Shown: positions 12,521-24,798 of the stretch, piece by piece
Position numbering within the stretch: the first letter of the stretch is position 1
How the letters are laid out: every line of letters begins with the position of its first letter
DNA from: Lama guanicoe
Taxonomy: Eukaryota
Assembly (NCBI GenBank): GCA_013239625.1
Contig: MU053472.1
Span: 3,457,410-3,521,409 of the forward strand
DNA length: 64,000 nt
Direction: 5' to 3'
Program-made: the position numbers and the translations under genes
Notes under the pieces: model-generated
What the model was told of the DNA's origin: nothing
The model's input: only the letters and a program-made list of their open reading frames with translations
Databases searched by the model: none

Positions 12521-14253
12521 AGCCTCTCTGCAAATCAGTCTGTCTTAATTCAAAATTGCAGACTATATGAAGTGGAAATAGTTATACATTTTATACCAGT
12601 GAACATCTCTTGTTATCTCGTTTTTCACTGTTTCTTTTCTCATTTGGATGAAGCTGCTTTATTTGGAAAGGAATGAATAATGAACTAAACAATCAGGTTT
12701 TTTAAACTACCTTACCTTTTAACTTACTCTTTGCAAACAAGGACGTACTGAACAGAGCAATGCGCTAAGCTCTGTATCAGACTCTCCTGATTTTAAACTG
12801 CAGAGGAGAGACTTTATACTCAGCGAAAAATTAGAATAGATGTTTATGGTAGATTGTAATTTTGAAATTTCCAAAAATAAAGATATGTTGAAAAAAATAA
12901 CAAAGCAAACACCAGTAAACCCACAACTATTATTTAATGTTTAGCTATATTTATTTAAAGTTTTTTTTTTTAAAGTAAGCATTGCAAATCCAAGTTGAAG
13001 GTCCCCTACGTAGTCATCCTTAATGCTATGCCTGTCCCTTCCCTGCCATTGAAGCTACTAACCTGAATTTGGTATTTATCTTTTCCAGCTAAGCCTTATA
13101 TTTGGGTGGGATAATTCTGCATTTTTCGTTTGCTCCTTAATAAAATAACATTCATTTAGTCTAGAGTGTGGGATGAAAGGAATCATGTCATCAGTCTCTA
13201 AGTATAAGCCCTTCTGGGGAACACTTGAGATTACTTTTTTCTCCTGCTCCTTCAGATGTTTTGTTTGTAATCTCTACATCTAAATTATAAATTTATTTTT
13301 TAATATTATACTTATGATGATGATCTTTTTACTGATGCCATAATCAATTCTGCCCATAAGGCCATCATTGTCTTGCTTCCAAAAATACTTTTTAGACTTT
13401 CAAAATGCAACCATTCCAATCCTCCTGCTACAGGCGTTGTGAAGCACAAATAACACAAGGAAGTGCACAGGGCATGTTCCCCAGCTTAGATCACATGGAG
13501 GTCAAAGATCTGTCTCAGCAAATTTAAGAGGATAGAAATTACATCAAGTATCTTTTCTAACCACAATGGTATCAAACTAAAAGTCAACTACAGAAAGAAA
13601 AATGGGAAAAGAACATACATATGGAGACTAAGCAACATATTACTAAAAAACCAGTGGGCCAATGAAGAAATCAAAGAGGAAATCAAAAAATACTTAAAGA
13701 CAAATGAAAATGGAAACACAACCCTCTAAAATCTATGGGATTAAGCAGAAGCGGTTCTAAGAGGGAAGTTTATAGCATACAGAAAGGAATTCCTCAAGAA
13801 ACAAGAAAAACCTCAAACAACCGAACACCTGAAGAAATTAGAAAAAGAAGAACAAATAAAGCCCAAAGTCAACAGAAGGAAGGAAATGATAAAGATCAGA
13901 GGAGAAATAAAGTAGAGATTAAAAAAAGAGAAAAGATGAATGAAACCAAGAAATGGGTTTTTTTTTAAGATAAACAAAATTGATAAGCCTTTAGCCAGAC
14001 TCACCAGGAAGAAAAGAGAGAACCTCAAAAAATTAAAAAATGAAAGAAGAGAAATAACAACAGATACTGCAGAGATACAAAAAGTCATGAGAATTCTATG
14101 AACAATTATATAACAACAAATTGGACAACCTATAAGAAATGGACAAATTTCTAGAAAGATACAAACTGCCAAGGCTGAATAGAGAAGAGACAAACAATTT
14201 GAACAGACCAATCACTAGTAGTGAAATTTAATTTGTAATTTAAAAACTCCCAG

Positions 14254-15378
14254 CACTTTGGTCAATGGTGCTCCTTCATGCTGTCCAGTGTGTTGTTTTC
14301 ACCTGAGTCCACTAGTCTTTGAAAACTTCCTTCCTTTTTGACACACCAAAATGACCTGGCTGACTTATGCATTTTCTGTCCCAGAATTGGTTCCTTTCAA
14401 TGGGAAATAGTATCTAGAGACCACCATGTAGGCATTAAGAATGGTCATTGCTACAGAGCTGCCTTTGCTTCTAAGAAGGACTAGTAATTTTTTTTTCTTT
14501 TTTCTAATTGAATATATTTGACCTATAACGTGTTAATTTAAGATGTAAAACGTGTTACTTTGATACATTTATATCTTGTAATATGGTTGCCGTTGTATCA
14601 GTATTGATCACATAACATAATCACAGTAAAATATTGTTGTCCATAGTCATTCTACTGCACATTAGATCACTATGGCTTATTTACTACTCACTGTAGGTCT
14701 GTACCTTTAAACATCATCAATTTTATCTCCCCATTCGTAATTTTTTAAAACCATCACTTACTACTGAAATTTTCAATTCACAGTGCAGGGATTTTGCTTA
14801 TCCCCTTTGATTTAAACACCTGTATTTCTTTTCCCTTTTCCCTGAAAATATTGGCTCAAAATTACTCATTTACTTTATGCTACAAAATATGTAAAATAAC
14901 CACAAAGTAGTATTACCAGTATCACTACAAACAATAAAATTGCTGAATGGAGTTTAACACTGTGTTACAGCTCTATTTCTCCCTACAAAATATTCCACTA
15001 TGGATGATGGGTTAAATAATATCTTCTAACATTACTTAAAATTATTCTTTTCTCTATGTGATTATGTCACCAAATTGATACAGAGTAGACACACTCATTT
15101 CCCTGTATCTTAACATCTTAATTGTATTTTTTTTTGCATCTGCAAAATATTGACATAATTCAGAGAAATCTCATATTCATCTTGTCCTCTCTGTCCTGTC
15201 TTTTAGGTAATGATATGTCTTTATTTTTGGTTTCTCTCTCCAGTGTTGCTTTTGGAAAATATAAATGAATAGGTAAATATATTTATAATGCCTCTCTATG
15301 AAAAAGGTCTGTATTCTACATTTTGCTTTTTTCTCCCCATGTATAAAGTTCTTTCTCATTTCCCTTTAAAAAAAAAAA
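14254..15378 (+). mobile_element. Retrotransposed passenger block made of antisense L1MC/ME fossil with a nested antisense L1 3' end (~14490-14736)
   Basis: Ends in A13 (15368-15380) 20 nt after TATAAA (15342-15347); flanked by aaaaactcccag (14242-14253)/aacaactcccag (15379-15390). Confidence 0.75.
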
Positions 15379-15574
15379 AACAACTCCCAGAAAACAGAAG
15401 TCCAGGACTGGACAGCTTCACAGGGAAATTCTACCAAAATTATAAAGAAGAATTAATACCTATCATTCTCAAACTATTTCAAAAATTTGAAGAGGACAGA
15501 CACTCCCAAATCCATTCTAGAAGACCATCATTACTCTGATACCAAAACTAGACAAAGACATCACACACACACAA

Positions 15575-15655
15575 AAAGGAAGGAAGGAAGGAAGGAAGGA
15601 AGGAGAGAAAGAGAGAAAGAGAAAGAGAGAAAGAGAAAGAAAAGAAAAAGAAAAT
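15575..15655. repeat. (GGAA)n / GA-rich microsatellite expanded inside L1 ORF2
   Basis: ggaaggaaggaagg...gagaaagagagaaa...aaagaaaagaaaag. Confidence 0.95.
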
Positions 15656-17789
15656 TACAGGCCAAAGCTTTGATGAATATAGATGAAAAAAATCTCAACA
15701 AAATATTAGCAAACCAAATTGAACAAGATATAAAAAGGATCATACACCATAACCAAGTGAGACGGATTCCAGAGATTCAAGGATGGGTCAACATTAATAA
15801 ATAAATCAATGTGATACACCATGTTAACAAAGGGATAAAAATTATATGATTTTCTCAATAGATGCAGAAAAAACATTTGACAAAATACAGCCTCCACTGA
15901 TTATAAAAACTCTCATCAAAGTGAATATACAGGGAATATATCTCAACATAATAAAGTCCACTTATGACAAATCCACAGCTAACATCATACTCAATGGTGA
16001 AAAGCTGAAAGCCTTTACTCTGAATTCAGGAATAAGACAAGGATGCCCACTCTCACCACTTCTATTTAACACAGAATTGAAAGTCCTAGCCACAATAATC
16101 AGACATGAATAAGAAATAAAAGGCATCCAAATTGGAAGACAAGTAAAACTGTCACTATTTGCAGATGACATGATACTTTATACAGAAAACCCTAAAGTCT
16201 TCACTCAAAAACTATCAGAATAAATGAATTCAGCAAAGTTGCAGGATACAAGATTAATATACAGAAATTTGTTGTTTTCTATATACTAACAAACTATCAG
16301 AAAGAAAATTTTCTTCAGTCTTTGGATTTACTATCAATTTCTGACTTATTCTATAAGAAAATGGCTAAATTTTAATTCCTTGCACTTCAGAAAGAAGGGT
16401 AGAAATAACAAGTATAAATATTTTTGGCTTGCCAGTATTTCAATTTTCTGTGAAAGGATAAAAAAATCACTATATAATAATTGTAGCAGGTTTCAAAATA
16501 TCACTCTCAGATTGCAGAATTCCCTATTGGTTGCATTTTGGTTACCTGTAAGAAAGCCAAAAACTGAAAGCAGCATGGAGATTAAATATGAGGAAATATT
16601 TCCTCTTTTTCTGATAAAATGAAGACTATAGTTTCTTGTCTACAAATACAAGGAAAATACTCTAAAACCCAATTAAAAAGTTAAGGATAATAAAAATAAA
16701 GTTTCTTCATAAGTAACAGGAGAAGACATAACCTTGAGTAAGGGTAGCACATTAAGGAGAAAGAAAAAATCTGGTTTCTTTTGAATTTCGTATCTTTCAA
16801 GTGCTTTCCAACTTTGAGAAAATGAAGCTTGAACACCTGAACTATGGGACTGTGCGTAATGGCTTTTAAAGTGTATTTAAAAATTAAAAATATACATTTA
16901 AATTAGTTTACTAGAGATATATAAAATTATTTTAATCATCTTCCTCATATACAATAAATTATTTTTTCCAATAAAAATAGAAAAAGAACAAAGAATAAAA
17001 TTTCTTCAAGTTAATCAAGATCATATAAATTTTATCTATATAAAATTATCTCTCTATACAAACACAATAAAATTTTTATCCTTGGAGAAGAAATTCTACA
17101 GAACATTATACAAACTACAAATAAACCTACTACTGAATGAATAGAATTGAGTGCTTCCTCAGGGCAAAAACAAAACTTGAAGCAAAATAAAATTTCATAT
17201 TCATAATACATTTAAATCACAAACCATAGTGTTCATCATGTAGTCAGTTTAACAAAATGTAACACTCAAACAATAGAAAAACAAGAACTATTTATCCATT
17301 GAAAAAATGTAAAGTCGTATATACTCCAAGGAGTCATTCTCTTCAGATGAGGTATTTGTAAAATATCTCTCATTAATGACAGTGCAGATGTGCTGACATC
17401 TTCAGGATGTCTAAGATTTAAACTCGCTGCATCCCATCTTGGGGGTCTCTTCTTTGATGAGCTGCATTTTCCCCCTTTTCATATTATCCATGTTGTTAGA
17501 TTAGAACTAACATAGACTTATTACAGTACCTTTCAAATAAGGTACTAAATATAGTTCTTCGTTCAGTCAACTGTGATTGTCCATGAAAATTACAGGAGTG
17601 TTTAAAAACAAGATGTATAGAAGTCTATGAAATTATGTTCTGGGACTTAAGCTTTTTTTTTTTATATAGGTATTCATAAGATAACTTATACTTGGAGAAT
17701 TGATTGTAATTTTAGCTAAATGAACTTTGTTTTGCCATAAGGATCTCAAAATGGCAACACATAAAACACTGGGATTTACAAGTATAGTA

Positions 17790-18167
17790 CATCAGTCCCC
17801 CCTTATCTATGTGGGATATGTCCCAAGATCCCCCCCTCCAATGGATGCCTGAAACCACAAACAGTACCAAACCTTAGGTATACTTTGTTTTTTCTTATAC
17901 ATATCTATGATAAAGTTTAATTTATAAATTAGGCACAGTAAGAGATTAACAAGCAATAAGAAAACAGAGCAATTATAACAATACACTATAATAAAAGTTA
18001 TGTGAATGTGATCTCTCTCTGTCTCAAAATTTAATGCCTCTTCCATATTAACTAAGCACTGTATCAAGCACTGTGGTCCTAAACGTTTCTAGTTTGAGAT
18101 GCAATAGCAGAACTAGCATGAATATCTTTACCTCAGAAAGCAAAACTGGAGATATGAGGGGCTACTA
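17790..18167. mobile_element. MER44/Tigger7-like DNA transposon
   Basis: TIR-like cagtccccccttatc ... gatatgaggggctacta; internal ataaagtttaatttataaattaggcacagtaagagattaac. Confidence 0.82.
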
Positions 18168-19140
18168 TCTATGTTGTGCCTGTCCATCTTGAAACAAGGA
18201 AAAAGAACTGCTCCTATAAGAGCCTAGCAAAGAAAGATCAAAGTAAACTTACGAGACCTAACCATCAGCTGAGACCGAGAGAGGAAACTCTCTGTCTCAC
18301 TTTTTTACACATTCTTCAATTTAAACCCTACTTTCTTTCATAAGGTTCTTTTCCCAACTTTCCTTTTTCTTTCCTAGCTGCCTGCTGCTAGACAAACCGA
18401 TGCTCATACAAAGAGCATGCGTTTTGTAACATATAATATACAGTTACTTGGTTACTGAACTACTTGGTAGAAAATGTTTCTCAATTTATCATCCTACGTT
18501 AATTTATCAATCTAATAGATATGTGCAGTCCCTCAGACCTTCTATTTTCACATTTTAATTAGCTAAGTAGAGAGAAGGTCTACTGTTTTTAGAAATAACC
18601 AGTTTATGAGTTAAGTACATCAAATTCATGACAGGTTATGTCTTACGTGGGGACTAAACAACATGCTACTAAAAAACCAGTAAGCCAAAGAGGAGACAGA
18701 AATGAGACAAAGAAGGGGTGAAGAGACGATAAAAGGGTACTTTAACTTTATCTATTCATGTTTCACTACTTTTATATAAAATATTTAAATTTTGAAATTT
18801 CTGAAAATAAAAATTTAATTTAGAAAAACTATAGGAACTAAAATACACTCATTACAGCCAGCCAATCTCTTTAATATAGGCTGTATAGAAAACAGCAATG
18901 CTCAGAGTTTTCAATGAAAAGTCAGTTACTTTCTCCTCCACACCTTTAAAAGTCCCAAGGCTCTCTAAAGTAGTCCAAACAAGGTTCTAATTTCTCAAGA
19001 GACCCACGTCAGTACATATTATTATTGTTAACTGGTATCTCTGAGGTCCAGAATCCATTTCTACCTGAGTAATGACATCTTCATAAAGACATCTTATGGC
19101 GTGAACATTTTGGCAAAATTCATCTTTTTTTAAATATATA

Positions 19141-19273
19141 TTTTTTTATTTATTTGTTTGGGTGGAGGTGATTAGGTTTGTTTGTTTGTTTGTTTATTTA
19201 TTTGATGGAAGTACTGGGGATTGAACCCAGGGCCTCATGCACACACACTACCACTGAGCTATACCCTCCCCCC
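19141..19273 (-). mobile_element. Camelid tRNA-derived SINE (Vic-1-like), small internal deletion
   Basis: gtactggggattgaacccagggcctcatgc...ccactgagctataccctcccc. Confidence 0.9.
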
Positions 19274-19423
19274 ATAATATATACTCTCAAACATGAAATA
19301 TTATTTTCATCTGGGAAGATTTCTATACCTATTAGAATCTTGATAGAACTCTCAAAGCTACACGAATATAATCCGTCATAAAATTATAAAGTATAAAACA
19401 TTAATCTATTCATTCTTCAGTAG

Positions 19424-19896
19424 TGAGAGGCTGAGTATACAAATAGACAAATAGACAATGACCAGACCACCATACACAACTCTGAACCATAATCCTTTCA
19501 ACAACTAGCTTGGAAAGTCAAATCATAATCTCTGCAGCAATCAGCCCAAAAGAGTTAGGATTTGGTCAAGAGTGCCAGCTTCCTTTTTTTTTTTTTTTGC
19601 CTGCAGCCCACCCATCACCTCCATATGATTTCAACTCAGCACCATATCAGAGAAAGACAAATATGCTCCCCAAACCAATCACCTAAGATGCTTAGCTTCT
19701 AGCTAGCCCACTTCACTTTCACCATACCAACAATCTCCAATCAGAGCACATCTAAAATCTCCTCTTTTTTTCACCATAAAATTTGCCCACTCCCATGTGA
19801 AACTCTCAAATACAAGGTAATGGTGGTAACCTTGTTATAGCAAGCTCTGAATACACAGCCTGTTTGTTCTCATTTTGGGTGGTCCTTATTTCCACA
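19424..19896 (+). mobile_element. Solo ERV1-class LTR (MER90-like)
   Basis: TG...CA termini with 4-bp TSD gtag (19420-19423/19897-19900); CCAAT boxes; degenerate TATA and polyA signal. Confidence 0.85.
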
Positions 19897-20708
19897 GTAG
19901 TGCAAAAATCATGCAAAAAGAAAACTAACACTATGAGCATTTTATTCTAATCGAATGAAGATCAGCTGTTTATACCTTAGCTATTGTTCTGTTTGCCTGT
20001 CAGCTCACCAATTTACCTCTTTTGATAAATGGTTTTCCATCACTTCAAAGACAAATCTTGTATTCTACTTCAATATGTGATATTTCAGACTCAAATTGGT
20101 ATAGTTCCTTTCTTGAGAACTGTGATCATTTGAAAACAATAACTAAAAAAAAAGAGTGTGCTATATTTTAGAAAAACAATAATGCCGATAGTACAAATTA
20201 GACCAATTAAATAGTGCAGTAAATTAATCTGCTGTAAATCTGTGAATATACCTACAGAAAATGTCAGAGGGTTATTCCTAAATTTTGTTGATAATGAAGT
20301 GATTAATCAGACCAACCTAGAGTTAGGAAAATTTATCTGTAGTAAATAGAAGTTGTTTTAGATAAAATGTGAGTTTAGACCTATGATGGCATAACTAATG
20401 TGAATGGAAAATTTAATAACTTTATAAGAAAGGTTAAGAATGAGAAATAAAAAGCATATATTTTCAAACACATCTTTTGGAATTGGTAATAACAAAGTTT
20501 CTTAAGGAAGTAAAAAAAATTCCAAAATGTTCTCAATTCTTTGTGTGACATCATACATGTGGGAAAAACTTTCAAAGTATTTGTTAGAGGAACAAAGTAT
20601 AATATGTACGAAGTAGTGTTTATAGTAAGCACAGTTTATGAGGTTTTACCGTAAATTATTTGCTTTGATAGAGGAGTTCCCACAGATTATTCAAACAACA
20701 GACATTTC

Positions 20709-20836
20709 TGTTTGTTTGTTTGTTTGAGGGGGGAGGTAGGTTTGTTTGTTTGTTTACTTAATGGAGGTACTGGGAATTGAACCCAGGGCCTTGTGCATGC
20801 TAAGCATGTGCTCTACCTCTGAGCTATACTCTCCCC
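20709..20836 (-). mobile_element. Camelid tRNA-derived SINE (Vic-1-like)
   Basis: ggaggtactgggaattgaacccagggccttgtgcatgctaagcatgtgctctacctctgagctatac. Confidence 0.9.
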
Positions 20837-21680
20837 GCTAAATAATGTAAGTTTTATTCAGTTGATTTTTTTTAAACAAGTGGCCAGAGAATTGAATGAT
20901 TTACTGACTCTAATTTTTTATTTCTCTTTTTTTAACATCTATTATGAATTATTCCAGGAAGTTTTGCTAAATAGCTTCAGAGTAGATCTCTAGTCATTCA
21001 CCTATACAGTTTACAATTTGAATTTAAGGTCATTATTTTGTGAAAATATTCCTGTATTATTAAAAAATAAGCCCCTTTGGAAATAGGTTCATCTGAAATT
21101 CCTTTCCTAAATCTGAGTGTAAAGTCATCTCAATAAACATTTCTATTAAACATTTCTAACAAAATTCCCTGCCCTATCTGACAAATCCATTTGTTTCAAT
21201 TGCATAGTGTAATCTAAGTGCTGAATACTGCTGATCAAAAGACTACAGCCTCAATATTGGGATAGGAGTAGCCTCAGTCAGGAGACAAAAGATTGATTCA
21301 TGGTTCACATTTGAAAGGAGTTTTAAAGCTATTCCAGAAGAAAATGATCTCTATATTATATGCAGTGGTATACCATTTTAAAGAATTAACCCCGTTTAGT
21401 TGAAAATCTTGGACCATGACCTGAATTACAGAGAAATAAATCTGTAAAAGTAAATGTAGTTGCTAGGTTGCTATATGCTACTATTGATTCCTTCCTGATA
21501 ATACTAATTAATGATGACTATCAGATCACACCCAGATACATACTATATGAGAAAATTATAGCAAATTTGGATTTGGTCACACAACTCTAAATGACTGGCT
21601 ACACCAACACTGGGCATTCATACATAGGCAAAGCCTATTATAATGGGCAAAGTGTCCACACCACTCCTTGAATGCACTTA

Positions 21681-21844
21681 TAGTCTACCCTCTCTATCTG
21701 CAGTTTCTCCATATCCGAGGTTTCACATCTGAAGACTCAACCAACTGCAGATCGTGTACTACTGTACTATACTATTTACTGTTGAAAAAACTGTGTATAA
21801 GTGGACCTATGCAGTTCAAACAGATGTTGTCCAATAGTCAACTG
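21681..21844. mobile_element. MER8/Tigger2-derived MITE
   Basis: TA-flanked, TIR-like tagtctaccct ... atagtcaactg; tataagtggacctatgcagttcaaac. Confidence 0.75.
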
Positions 21845-21846
21845 TA

Positions 21847-24798
21847 CAGGCATACCTTGGACAGATATTGTTTTCAGCTTCTGACCACTACAATACAATA
21901 AATATCACAATAAAGTGAGTCATGAATCTTTTGGTTTCCAAGGGCATATGAAAGTTAGTTTACACTATACTGTACAGTCTATTAAGCATACAATAGCATT
22001 ATGTAATAATAATAATAATAATAAAAATGTACATACCTAAATTTAAAAATACTCTATTGCTAAAAAATGCTAACCATCATCTGAACCTTCAGCAAGCTAT
22101 AATCTTTTTGCTCATGGAGGGTCTTGCCTCAATGTTGATGGTCACTGACTGATCAAGGTGGTGGTGGTTGCTGAAGGCTGGGGTGGCTGTGGCAATTTCT
22201 TAAAATGAGACAACAGTAAAGTCTGCTGCATTGATTAACTCTTCCTTTCATGAATGATTCTTCTGTAGCAGGCAATGCTGTTTGATAGCATTTTACCTAC
22301 AGTAGAACTTCTTTCAAATTTGGAGTCAATCTTCTCAAACCCTGAGGATTTATCAACTGCTTTATCAGCTAAGTTTATGTAATATTCTAAATTCTTTGTA
22401 GTCATTTCAACAATCTTCACATCTTCACCAGAAGTAAATCCCATCTCAAGAAACCACTTTACTCATCCATAAGAAGCAACTCCTCACTCATTAAAGTTTT
22501 ATCATGAGATTTCAGCAATTCAGTCACATCTTCAGGTTCTACTACTATTTCTCTTGCTATTTCCACCACATCTGCAGTTACTTCCTTCACTAAGTCTTAA
22601 GCTTCTCAAAGTCATCTACAAGGGCTGGAATCAAGTTTTTTCAAAATCCTGTTAATGCCGATATTTTGACCTCTTCCATGAGTCAGGAATGTTCTTAATG
22701 ATGTAACAGAGAAGAACAAATCTGACTCCATACTGGATCTTTTCCTTTAGCTCTAACTTTGTGCTCTATTGCTTGGCTTAGTTATGCTGGCTCTGCACCT
22801 TTGGAACGGAATGCTGCCTATAGTCTGAAATACACATAACAAACCTTTCTCAAGGCTCTGCCTCTCAGGCTTGACCTTTAAAGGTATAACACTTTTCATA
22901 CAGAAATTTTTTAAAAGTTGTAGAACAAAGAATAACATTTGTCTTGTTGGAGGTTTACAGGAACATTCTGATCAGGTGACTAGACCTATGTGGACAGTTG
23001 CAAAAACAAAGGATTATAACATCCCCTCCAGGTCTGGCTGGCACCAAGAAGTTTGCAACAACCAGTCACACTGTCTCCCCTTTTAGTATAAAGGAAGCCT
23101 GAATTCTAACTCGGTAAGATGATTCTTTGGGACACTAGTCTGCCACCTTCTCTCCCTGCTGGATTTCCGAATAAAGTCACTATTCCTTGCCCCAACACCT
23201 TGACTTTGGATTTATTGTCCTATTATTCAATGAACAGTACAAACTCGGTCTCAGTAACAATGGCATCTAGAATGGTGAAGCCTTTCCAGAAGGTTTTCAA
23301 TTTACTTTGCTCAGATCCATCAGAGGAATCACTATCTATGACAGCTATAGCCTTGTAAAATGTATTTCTTAAATAGGAAGACTTGAAAGTCAATATTACT
23401 CTTTGATCCATGGGCTGCAGAATGGATGTGTGTTAGCAGACATGAAAGCAACATTAATCTTGTACATATCCATTAGAGCTCTTGGGTGACCAGGTGCATT
23501 GTGAATGAGCAGTAATATTTTGAAAGGAATCTCTTTTTCTGAGCAGTAGGTCCCAACAGTGGGCTTAAAATATTCAGTAACCCATGTAGTAAACAGAGGT
23601 GCTGTCATCCAGTCTTCGTTGTTCCATTTATATAGAGCAAAGGCAGAATAGATTCAGTTTAATTCTTAGGGGTCCTAGGATTTTCAGAATGGTCAATGAG
23701 CATTGGTTTCAATTCAACTGCAAGTCACCAGCTGCACTGGCCCGTAACAAGAGAGTCAGCTGGTCCTCTGAGGCTTTGAAGCCAGGCATTAGCTTTTCCT
23801 CTCTAGTATGAAAGTCCTAGATGGCATCTTCTTCCAATAGAAGGCTGTTTTGTGAAAGAAAAATCTGTTTAGTGTAGTCACCTTCATTAATTATCTTAGG
23901 TAGATCTTCTGGATAACTTGTTGCAGCTTCTCTATCAGCATGTGATACTTCATCTTGCATTTTATGTTATGGAGATGGCTTCTTGACTTTAAGCTCATGA
24001 ACCAGTCTCTGCTAGCTTCAAACATTTCTTCTGTAGCTTTCTGACCTCTCTTAGCCTTCACAGAATTGAACAGAGTTAGGGCCTTGCTCTGCATTAGGCT
24101 TTGATTTAAGGGAATGTTGTGGCTGGTCTGATCTTCTGTGCAAACCACTAAAGCTTTCTCCATATCAGCAATAAGGCTGTTTCCCTTTCTTATCATTCTT
24201 ATGTTCATTGAAGCAGCACTTTTAATTTCCTTCCAGAACTTTTCCTATGCATTCACGACCTGACTAGCTGGTGCAAGAGGTCTAGCTTTTGGCCTACATC
24301 AGCTTTTGACATCCACTCCTCACTAAGCTTAGTCATTTCTAGCTTTCGATTTAAAGTGAGAAACGTTCAACTCTTCCTTTCACTTGAACACCTAGAGGCC
24401 ACTGTAGGGTCAGTAATTTGGCCTAATTTCAATATTGTCTCAGGGAACAGGGAGGCCTGTGAAGAGGGAGAGAGGTGGGGGAACGGCCTGCTGGTGGAGG
24501 AGTCAGAACACACATATCTATCACTTAAGTTCGCCGTTCGGCGCAGTGCATGGCATCCTGAAACAATTACAACAGTAACATCAAACATCACTGATCACAG
24601 GTCACCATAACAAATATAATAACAAAAGTTTGAAGCATTGTAAGAATTACAAAAATGTGCCACAGAGACAGCAAGTGCTATTGGAAAAATAGTGCTGATA
24701 GACTTGCACAATGCATGGTTGCCACAAACCTTCAATTTGTAAAAAACACAACATCTGCGAAGCACAATAAAGCCAAGCACAGAAAAATGCTATGCCTG
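21847..24798 (-). mobile_element. Near full-length Tigger1 DNA transposon (decayed pogo-like transposase), interrupted by an LTR
   Basis: TIRs caggcatacc / ctatgcctg; peptides [60 protein letters not shown]; ~2.39 kb without the LTR. Confidence 0.95.
22702..23259 (+). mobile_element. Solo ERV1-class LTR nested in Tigger1
   Basis: tgtaac...gtaaca termini; TSD atga/atgg; TATA (agtataaagg ~23086) and AATAAA (~23170). Confidence 0.9.

Larger units (their letters stand above)
13461..16310 (+). mobile_element. L1 ORF2 internal fragment (EN end, Z domain, RT) interrupted at 14254-15378
   Basis: [39 protein letters not shown], catalytic FADDM at 16158-16172; many stops; no 3' end. Confidence 0.93.

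Noticed and set aside
22235..24208. Possible domesticated Tigger transposase (TIGD1-like)
   Set aside because: Broken into short frames by stops, frameshifts and an LTR insertion; the same applies to 54332-56000
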